From Felis catus (Eukaryota): a stretch of DNA of 64,000 nucleotides. A program made the position numbers and the translations under genes. How positions within the stretch are numbered: the first letter of the stretch is position 1; each line of letters opens with the position of its first letter. Shown piece by piece: positions 53,986 to 64,000 of the stretch. Location: the NCBI RefSeq assembly GCF_018350175.1, contig NC_058368.1, forward strand, positions 132,620,001 to 132,684,000. The letters run 5' to 3'. The notes under the pieces are model-generated. The model saw only the letters and a list, made by a program, of their open reading frames with translations. It searched no databases and was not told the origin of the DNA.

Positions 53986-55319
53986 AGATAATTCCAGTCT
54001 GGGGGCATTGAAGTCCTCAACAGCAGCTTGTAAAGAAAGATTAGTTCTAAAGTAAATACTAGGAATATTTGCCAAGTATTTTGAAGAATTGGGACAAGTT
54101 TCAGGAAATGCTATGCAACCACCAGAAAGAATGTATAAAATGTAAATTGTAGGGAAAAGAAGTTAGGATATTTTGCATAATGGTCTTCACTCAAGTCTTG
54201 GCTCTAATAAAACACATTTCCCTGCATGGATATTTATTTGTGATGTTGATGTATGATGCTGTTGCTGTAGTATTTTCGCCATATCAATCCCATCTCACTT
54301 CAAGTACACAGCGTCTACTATGTGCTCAGCAGTGTGCAGTGTGTTAGAGTTGAGGATTTTGACAAAAGAAGACACAATGGTTATTGTGCTTGAGAAAGCC
54401 CTCGTCTAATTTAGAGTATGAGTCAAACCAACTGAACAGATGGATGACAGTAATTTAAATACCTAAAATGAATGGCATAGGTAAAAGGTGATAGAAGCTC
54501 AGATTTGGATGAATTTGAATGGTCAAAGAAGACTTCATAGGAGGAAATGGAGGTCTTTATGTCAGTAGGTCAGAAAATTTCTGAAAGTATATTCTATAGA
54601 ATGTTTTGCAAAAGTTTTAACTCAGTATAATTGTGGCATGCTCATTTTTCCAAATGCAGCTTTGCAGTCTGGTGATCTATGTCAAAATCCACACCACTTG
54701 ATTTTTTTTGCCTGAGTACTTCATTTGTTTGCTAGACACAGGAAACATCAAAGCTAACAAATATGCCTTCCTGTCAATGCTGTTATATTATTCTGTATTA
54801 TTTCTTAGAAGTTTCAGAGTTTTGTGTTGAAAGTGTTTTAAAGAGAAAAGAAACAATGAAGAAGGTGTGGCTGGGACAGAAATAATAGAGCCTGGAAGTT
54901 TAGGGAAAGAAAAAAACTAGTGTTTAATTAGACAGTAGAAATCTCAAATTTAATCTAGATTCTCATTTTCAAATAATTGCATGTATTAACTCCTGTAGAG
55001 AAGACAGAATCACATAGTATTGCCTGTTTTCAACTTTTGTACTTCTTGGTTGCAAAAAGTGACTAGAAAAATCCATTCCCAAGGGTATAATCATATTTGC
55101 TAGAGTGATTGCAGGTGCACTGGTTTCTCCACACAGGTGCAGTTCTCCAGGGCTGCAGAGGCACTGAAGGGGGAGAAAAGATAAATGTACCAGCACCTGA
55201 AGCATTGAATGAGCTTGAAGTCATAACAAAGGGGAATAAAGATACTCCGCAAAATGATGATATAAGAGGAAAAGCAGAGAGAATGCAGATAGAAAAATTC
55301 CCAGTAGATCAAAATATTT

Positions 55320-55548
55320 TAATTTTTTTTAAAAAGGCAGTTTTCATTCTTTTTGAAAATATTTATTGTGAGAGTGGATGCGTGCACAAGCAGGGGAAGG
55401 GTGAGAGAGAGAGGAAGAGAGAGAATCCTAAACAGACTCTGCACTGTCAGCACAGAACCTGATGCGGGACTCAATCTCAAAAACCATGGGATCATGAACT
55501 GAGCTGATATCAAGAGTCGGACACTTAACTGAGCCACCCAGGTGCCCC
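55320..55548 (-). mobile_element. CAN-SINE
   Basis: Body ending gagccacccaggtgcccc; direct repeat tagatcaaaat on both sides. Confidence 0.85.
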
Positions 55549-57493
55549 TAGATCAAAATGTTTTAGTTAGAAATAGGAGGGAATCCTTCAGTCTCCTTTT
55601 CTTTGGTAACAAGAATTGTAAATCCTGAAAGAAATTAAGATAAAATCCCAGAAGGTAAGAAGAAAGTATGACACAAAATTTAATGTGTTCTTTTGGTACA
55701 TAAAACTATGGTTTCTAAATTTTCTTCCTTTCTTTTTACCCTCCCTGTATTTGGGGAATAGTGTCACTTCAAGAAAGTGGTAGTTTTTCATGAATTGCAA
55801 CAGAAACTGTACAAGGGTGATTATGGGTGTATCTGTTCAGCCAGGGTGGAGGTTCTGATACCTTCACCAGTTTCACTGAGTTAAAATCAGGTATGCTGTA
55901 ACCAAACACTCAACCTTGAGGTAAATGTTAGGAAATAAAGGAAAACCAGTGGAGGTTCATCTTATCAGTAAATGTTTGAGGTAATTTTCTCTTAAAGGTG
56001 TTTAACAGTAATGAGAAGTTGTCTGTAATAATTGGTTTGTACTCAGAAGAGTTGTGAAAAGAACAGGTGATTAGCTACCAAAGTCTTGTGTTTCAGTCAT
56101 CAGTCCACTTGCTGGTCATTATGTCAGTAATCCCATGGCCAACCTCTTCACTTATACTAGAACTTCCTCAGAAACCTAGTCAGTAGTGGTGATGTCTCAC
56201 TGCTCCTCGAGGCTTCAGTTCTGTGTATCCGTAAGAGATTGTGGAAATAATTATTTTAGACATTTTCAGCCAGCTTCACACACTGAACTTTGCATCCCTG
56301 TTAATTTCAGCCACCACCAAGCATATGAGACCCTCCAATCATCCATCATTTCTTGTTGTGACCTTCATATTTTTGCGTGTACTCGTTCCTTTACCAGTTT
56401 TCATTCCTTTATCAGTTCGGATCCTCTATGAAACAAATAACATAAAACTGCTTTCAAGCTGGCTTAAATATAACTGGAAAATAGGTCTAGGTCAGGTTTC
56501 AGAATTAACTGTTATAAGGGTGATATCAGTAAATATTTGCTTTCCTTACTTTATTCTTCTGTTCACAGTGTTTATTTCATCCTAAGTCAGGTTCTACATA
56601 ATGTGGATGCCAGCTGCAGTCAAGAACACAAGCTTGCTCGGTCACACACAGTGGAAATAAGACCTGTTTCTCTCACAGGAGTTTGAGGGTAGGGGCAGCC
56701 ACCTTCACAGATCATGGACATGGCAGGGGGTGTGGTGGTCGTGGTGTGCATGGGTACTAGGAAGAAATATGTGCATAGACTTAGTTAGAGGGAGGCAGTG
56801 AATGGCTGGACAATGAACACATATTTAGCTACCTATTCTACTCTTAGACTTCTGCCTTGTTATTTCTGGAACCCTTGTCCTGTAGTCAACAAACTCCTCC
56901 CCTTTTGATACTCTCTGGATTGTCTTTTCTTCTAGTAACCATTACTGAAATCCACTCAACCCTGGGGAAAATATTTTCTCTATATCCCTCTCTTTCACAC
57001 CCCATATATCACAAAGTAAAGAGGAAAGACCACATCTTCTTTGTTTGCCAGCTCCTGCCTTGCCCTCACTTATGCTCCCAGACCAATACTTCTTCACCAT
57101 TGTATAAACACCTTCAAGGCTCACAATCTGGTTTTATCATTCTATACCCTGCTCGTGATGTCCTCCACCAGGTACCTGGTTGGTCTTCTCCATTCTTTGA
57201 AGACTTTGGTTTCTGGCTCAGTCTTCCTTTCTGTTCCCAGGCCCAGCTGTCAAGCTGCTGACTCCAGTGTTCACATAAACAATTTATCCAATACTAGATT
57301 GCATTCTTCAACTCATTTATATCAACCATCCACTTCTGGGAAAATGTCCTGAATCGTATCAGACTGCTTAACCTTTGAATTCTTAAATTCAAACCCACAC
57401 TTTTTTACTATAACCTAACTACTCCCACTTTACCTGTTTTATTGATTTTACTGAGACTGCAGTCTCTTTTCGTATCTAAAACACATCCAACTT

Positions 57494-58011
57494 GGGGCAC
57501 CTGGGTGGCTCAGTCAGTTGAGTGTTTGACTTCTGCTCAGGTCATGATCTCTTGGTTTGTGAGTTTGAGCCCCACATCCAGCTCACTGCAGTCAGCCTGT
57601 CAGCACTGAGCCCGCTTGGGAACCTCTGTTCCCCTATCTCCGCCACTCCCCCATTTGCACTCTCCCAAAAATAAAAAAATAAAAATAAAAGTAAAATATA
57701 TCCAACTCTAGACAATCACTTAGATGTACTCTACAGTTCTTTACCTTCTTCCTATCCCTCAATCATTGTAGTCTGACCTCCACCCCACCATCCCGGTGAC
57801 ACTACTCTTGCCAGAATCATCAATGACATTCCTGTTGCTAAATTTAACAGACTCTTCCATCTTTCTTGAGATTTGTACATTTGGTAGTTATTTACTCCCT
57901 TTTTTTTTTTTTTTTTTTTTTTAAGTAGGCTCCACGCCCAGGGTGGGGCTTAAACACTCAACCTTGAGAACGAGAGTTGAATGCTCTACCAACCCAGCCA
58001 GCCAGGCACCC
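57494..58011. mobile_element. CAN-SINEs (57494-57700 plus; 57900-58011 minus, short type) within L2 remnants
   Basis: SINE heads and tails; pyrimidine-rich L2-like flanks. Confidence 0.8.
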
Positions 58012-59679
58012 CTCCCTCCCTTTTTTTCTGCTTACTTTTCACAGCTTCCTAAATCCATTCTGGTTTGGTTTTCCTTTATCTCCATGATTAAACTAGAGTT
58101 AGGGCTCAGTTCTGTTCTTAATCTGCAAACTACCTTGGGCCAGTTCAACCATTCCTCTAACTCCAATTATCATCTCATATTAACGAATTCCATTTAAATG
58201 TGCCACACCACTTCAAACTTGGCATGTCCAAAATTAAATATCTCTTCCCCCTCTCCAAAAAACCTCCTCCTCTTTCTACATTGCCTATTTTAATGATGTT
58301 ACCACCATCCATACATCCAATTACAAGAATCTTGGACATCCTTGACTTTCTCACCCTCCACACTTATACCAAGTACCAAGCCATACTGATTCTACTTCCT
58401 GAATATCTTTTAAGTCACTCCAGTTCCCCCCTTTTCCTAATTCAGTATACCATGATATTATGCTCCAGTTACAGGAATAGCTTTCCTCTAGTATAATCTC
58501 TCTTTCCCAAACCTTTCAACTCACTTTGATTTGGGCAATTTCTCTAAAATGTATACCTTATTTCATCTCTTACCTTGTTAAAACCCTTCAGTGGCTCTCT
58601 CACGGACTTCAGGTTGAACTCTTTATTGATTCCCAAGGCTCTTCATATTATGTAGTCCTTACTGACCTTATCAGATTTCTCTCTCCTTACAGCTTTTGGC
58701 ATTTAGATAATTTCTGGATGTAGTCCAGATGTTGGCTTGCTCCTTGTTGCCTCTGTAAAATCTTCCAAGAAAAGTTCCTTCTGAGATCTTTCAGAGTTCC
58801 CTCTGCTTATACCTGTCGTCTCACTCACCTCAATATAGAATAATAGTTCCTTTATCAATTTGTCTCTCCACAATAATAGCAGAATCTTAGTAAGTTTGCC
58901 TGTTTATCCTTGATGCCTGTCACAATGACCAGACAATATATGCTCATAAGTATTTGTTAAGTGAATGACCTTAAATAAGTCATTAGCCTCTCTGAGCCTC
59001 AACTGCCTCATCATTAAAAAGGGAATAATGCACTGCCTACCTCATAGGGTTGTTTTGGGGTCTTGTAAGATAATAGGATTGAAGTTTAGCATAGCAGTTA
59101 AGAGTGTGAGTTCTGGATCTCTATTATCTCCGTCTGGTTTTTAATCCTAGCTCACACCATATAACCAGCTATGTGACTTTGGACAAGTTACTTAACTTTC
59201 CTGTGTTTTAGTTTCCTCTTTAGTAAAATGAGAATAACTACAGTATCTGCCTCATAGTTTTGTTTTGAGGACTAAATGAATAAATGGCAAGCATTTAGTA
59301 CAGTGCCTAAACACACAACAAATGTTAGCCATTAATTATAATGTTTTTATTTATAAGTTCTAAAATTATATTGCATGATATATAGTACATATATACACAC
59401 ATATGGCATCAATTATTAGTTTGAGGTTTTCAGGGAGGTAAAGGATTGTTATCATTAACTTAATTTCTTTTGTCTTTTAGAATAACGCCATAGCAATACC
59501 AGAGTTTATTTCCCAAACCTTAAATTCAAATTTTCATAGTTGATTTGTGTCAAATTTTGGTAAAAAAAACATTTTTTTACATGCTGTTCATTATAAAAAC
59601 GTTTTGAAACATTGTAGGTAGATGTTGACACAGGAAATAACTTTTTTTATTTTAATTTTAATTTTTTCTTAATTAAAAA

Positions 59680-60000
59680 TTTTTTAACATTTATTCATTT
59701 TTGACAGAGAAAGAGAGAGAGTGGGCGAGGGGCAGAGAAAGGGATACACAGAATCCGAAGCAGGCTCCAGGCTCCGAGATGTCAGCACAGAGCCCGATGT
59801 AGGGCTCAAACCCACAAACAACGAGATCATGACCTGAGCTGACGCACACTTAACCAACTGAGTCACCCAGGTGTCCCTAATTTTTATTTTTTTTAAGATT
59901 TTGTTTTTTTAAGTAATCTCTACATCCAACGTGGGGCTTGAACATAGAACCACAAGATCAAGAGTTACATGGTCTTTTGACTGAGCCAGCGAGACGCCCC
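59680..60000 (-). mobile_element. Two CAN-SINEs just upstream of NLN exon 2
   Basis: 59680-59877 long type; 59885-60000 short type. Confidence 0.87.
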
Positions 60001-60324
60001 AGCACCAGAAAAACATTTATATAAGAAAGATTACTGGTTTAATTTATAAAGGACAGTTATTATGTCTTTGACGCCTAATTTCATTTCTCACCATGACTTA
60101 ATTACATGACCAATTCAGTGTTTGGTAAGTACTAATTTCATTAAATCTACATTCAAGGGAAAAAAAAACAAATGCATTTAATTTTGTGCTTACGTGTTCA
60201 CCTGAAAGAGACTTGCTCAATTTTATTAAAAAGTTCTTTTTAATATAATTAGACAGTATACATTTGTGTATTGGCTTTGGACCAACAGATGTCTAATTTT
60301 TATTCTTTTTCTGTTTCTTTTCAG

Positions 60325-60584
60325 AGTTGGTGGTTCCAGGATTTTATTCAGAATGACTTTAGGAAGAGAAGTGATGTCTTCTCTTCAGGCAATGTCTTCC
60401 TATACTGTAGCTGGCAGAAATGTCTTAAGATGGGATCTTTCACCAGAGCAAATTAAAACAAGAACTGAAGAGCTCATTGTGCAGACCAAACAGGTGTACG
60501 ATGCTATTGGAATGCTTGACATTGAGGAAGTAACTTACGAGAACTGTTTGCAGGCACTGGCAGATGTCGAAGTGAAGTATATAG
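60325..60584 (+). CDS. NLN: NLN coding exon 2 (260 nt)
   Basis: Polypyrimidine tract + cag| at 60324; translation (R)[86 protein letters not shown] = neurolysin (M3 peptidase) N-terminus; donor G|GTGAGT at 60584/60585. Confidence 0.98.
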
Positions 60585-61887
60585 GTGAGTAGCATGCAGA
60601 TGCCCATCGATATTTCATTTTGTAGGCATCATAAACCATTTTATGCTTTCTGTGTTGGCAATCATTTTCCAGTTTTACAAGACATTGATTTTTCCATAAT
60701 GATTAACTAATTGCTTAGAATTCAATTAAATAAAATTAAAATGTTTTATTATGTTGGCAGTGGTGCTACAAAATGTACAATCTCATTACATCTGCTTTCT
60801 GGAGAGTATTTTGACATAATATATCAAAACTCTTAAGAAGTTCATACCCTAGCCCAGCAGTTCCACACCTAAGCATTTAATCTAAATAAATTATCAGATA
60901 CAGGAAAAATTATGTACAAATTTATGTATAAACAGGTACTCTGTCGTAGCAGAACCTTGGAAACAACTCCTGGGTGCCATCCAGCATATAGAAAGACCAC
61001 GTAATGGTATGCTCAGGCTCTGCAACACTATGTAGCCATAATCATGTTGAGGAACAGCATTTCTTAACATAGAAAAAAAATACAGAGACAAAAACCAGAA
61101 GAAAATTTTACTAGTAGCTTATTTCTTAGGTATCGGATTTATGCTTGATTTTTTAAAATTTACCCTCTATGCCTTTCTCTATTTTGCATATTTCCTATAC
61201 TTAAAATACATTATTTCTATAATATAAGTATTAGGCCCTTTGAGTTAAAGGAATGGGGATTCACTCCAATTGCCCCTAAGGGTTAGACATATTCTGTGAT
61301 ATAGTTATGGCTAAACAACCTTGGCTATCCAGGTTTTGTAAGAACGTAAGTTATCGGAATATCATAAACATTTGTATGTATTCTGGAATTTGGAAGGTTG
61401 TCCAGAATCCTGTACAGCCCTAGTGACCTAGTCATCTCTTAACCCTCACCAACCCCTCAACACCAAGAATTCCCTACCCTGTGCCCCACCTTAATAGGGA
61501 CTCTCTTACCTCTTCTGTTTCAGTTTCTGCCTCTTCCCACCAGCTGCTTCACTCTCATTAATGGCCACTAAGTCAGGATAAAAGTCTTGAGTTTAAACTA
61601 CTAAATAAAAAAGACCTGGTGGGTCTCGTTAGTCAAACTCAAAGGGATGGAGTTGGTTCGCATTTGGCAGAGTTTTTCCAGAAGGCAATATTTTGTGTGT
61701 CTCCCTTGCTATATGTGGTTTGTCCTTGGTTCAGAGACTCATTTCTTCTTCAGTCATATATGGCCAACATGGTGTGCCAGCCTGGTGAATTACGCATTTA
61801 ACAAATATAAAAATCAGTGGGGGGAAAAAAAACAAAATCTTTTTAAAAATTATCTTAAAGTCTGCTGCTTTTCCAATAATACATCTT

Positions 61888-62101
61888 TTATTTTTTTTAA
61901 TGTTTATTTATTATTTTTGAGACAGAGAGAGAGCATAAGTGAGGGAGGGGGAGAGAGAGAGGGAGACGCAGAATACAAAGCAGACTCCAGGCTCTGAGCT
62001 GTCAGCACAGAGCCCAACACGGGGCTCAAACTCAGAAACCGTGAGATCATGACCTGAGCCGAAGTCAGACGTTTAACCGACTGAGCCACCCAGGCATCCC
62101 C
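61888..62101 (-). mobile_element. CAN-SINE
   Basis: Standard body. Confidence 0.9.
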
Positions 62102-62912
62102 CAGTAATGCATCTTTTAAATATACTTTTAGTTTTCAGAAGTCCTTGCTCTCTCATAAATTTACCTCTGTAAATTAATCCTAAAAATTTTTGAGTTTAGG
62201 AGATTTTTAAAGACCAACTTTATCTTATCTATATTTGTTCTCAGAGCTCATTCTGCCTCCTGCAGTAACTGTTAAAACCTCATTTGACTAGTGTCCAATA
62301 TTGTTTATAGTTTGGCAGTAAGAGCATAAGTCTGGTTTAGGTCTTTGTGGCAAAGTAAGGAAGGAAATGGTTTTTAGTATTATTGTTTGTTTAAGAATAT
62401 GTTTCCAGTTTTAGGCTCCTGCATTTTGTTCTGCTCATTTTAGTTCTTGAGCAATTTGATTTTTTCTTAATATCTCCTTGACTTAATTTTAAAAAGTAAA
62501 TAGAAATTATACCTATATAGTTAACTCTATCACTTAAACAGGTGCTACATCTATGAAACTTTAATTCTGTTCCATTCTTTAATCAAGGAACATAAAAGTG
62601 TATATTAAATCAAATCCTTATAGAATAATTATTTAATTAGACTTTTTAAACCACATGTTATGAATTTATGCAGATATTTGAGGTGATTTTTCTTTTTACA
62701 GCTTTATAGCACTGTTTTAAGAGGACTGATATGAGTGAGGTAGCTTGTTTAACTGGATAGTTTCTTGGTATGGAAAGGATAGCTCTACTGTCTACCATAT
62801 ATCATATGTGGAAGTTTTACCTGTTTACAATACCTTCAAAGTACTAAAGCTAATAAAAGTGTATTCATTGTCACAGTATAGCCACACCGTTCCTATAAAC
62901 CATACTCATTTT

Positions 62913-63038
62913 GTGTTGCCTAGCTGGCTCAGTCGGTTAAGCGTGCAACTTTTGATTTTGGCTCAGGTCACAATCTCATTGTTCATGGGTTAGAGCCCCA
63001 TGTCAAGATCCTCACTGTCAGCACGGAGCCTGCTTGGG

Positions 63039-63124
<86 letters not shown>

Positions 63125-63405
63125 TCCCCTCCCTCCTCTCTCTGTCTCTCTGTCAAAAATAAATAAAGAGATGCCTGGGTGGCTCAGTGGTTAAGCATAC
63201 AACTTCAGCTCAAGTCATAATCTCATGGTTCGTGAATTTGAGCCCTGTATCAGGCTCTGTACTAACACCTCAGAGCCTGGAGCCTGCTTCCGATTCTACA
63301 TCTCCCTCTCTGTGCCCCTCCCCTCCTCATTCATTCTCTCTCTCTCTCTCTCTCAAAATTAAATAAACATTAAAATTTTTTTTAAATAAATAAAAACAAA
63401 AAAAA
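62913..63405 (+). mobile_element. Tandem CAN-SINE pair within one outer TSD
   Basis: TSD ataaaccatactcatttt 62895-62912 / 63406-63423; long (CT)n at ~63041-63119. Confidence 0.88.
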
Positions 63406-63772
63406 ATAAACCATACTCATTTTTTCTGTAGTTGGGGTCATTTCACTGACATCAGATTTTTGCCCGATGAAAGTCACATTACAAATGTATTAAAAACCCA
63501 AGAAAGAATTTTAATATGTGAAAATTAGAGCAGTTCGTTACCACCATCATTTAATAGGAATAGTCCCAATATTCAACTGTTCACTGGATGTGTCCACTGA
63601 GATTTCTGGGAATCTTCTAAAATTGTATGGAACTTTTATGCTTGTATGAACGTTTGCATTTTGGGGAGAGTCCATAACTTTGACTAGATTCTCTAAAGAA
63701 TCTGTAGTGAAGGTTAGGAATTTCTATTTTAAATAAACTTCCCCCACCCCAACTAAATTGGTCTGCTTTTCT

Positions 63773-64000
63773 CTGGAAAACAGTGTGGAGGTTCCTCAAA
63801 AAATTAAAAGTAGAACTACCCTATGACCCAGCAATACCACTGCTAGGAATCTACCCAAAGGATACAGGAATGCTGATGCATAGGGGCACATGTGCCCCAA
63901 TGTTTATAGCAGCACTTTCAACAATAGCCAAATTATGGAAAGAGCCTAAATGTCCATCACCTGACGAGTGGATAAAGAAGATGTGGTTTATATATATAAG
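63773..64000 (+). mobile_element. L1 ORF2 3' fragment running to the window edge
   Basis: ctctggaaaacagtgtggaggttcctcaaaaaattaaaa...ctaccctatgacccagcaa, similar to ~53095-53320. Confidence 0.88.

Noticed and set aside
55109..55310. Hydrophilic open frame after an acceptor-like ttctccacacag, a possible cassette exon
   Set aside because: No recognisable homology, no convincing donor before it runs into a SINE

Overview
Mammalian genomic DNA from a felid (diagnostic feline-type CAN-SINEs and a carnivore L1). The window holds the head-to-head 5' ends of two genes sharing a CpG-island promoter at ~12.9-13.9 kb. SGTB is on the minus strand: a non-coding exon 1 ending at 13061, then coding exons at 11442-11541 and 1699-1802. 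NLN (neurolysin) is on the plus strand: coding exon 1 at 13504-13544, a 46,780-nt intron 1, and exon 2 at 60325-60584. The rest is intronic and dominated by interspersed repeats: dozens of tRNA-derived CAN-SINEs, a full-length but disabled L1 (47785-53705), nested L1 3' fragments, L2, CR1/L3, MIR, MaLR/ERV LTRs, hAT-Charlie elements and an antisense RPSA processed pseudogene. I found no evidence of a wholly new biological system. The most interesting signals concern NLN 5'-end diversity. One is an apparently inactivated homologue of a porcine alternative first coding exon (13681-13846; frameshift plus GT>AT donor). Another is a candidate Arg-rich alternative first coding exon deep in intron 1 (34064-34098), in frame with exon 2. 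A third is a dense TF-motif cluster with antisense splice donors at ~45.7-46.15 kb. Repeat boundaries and subfamily names are by eye and approximate; protein comparisons are from recalled reference sequences, not from searches.
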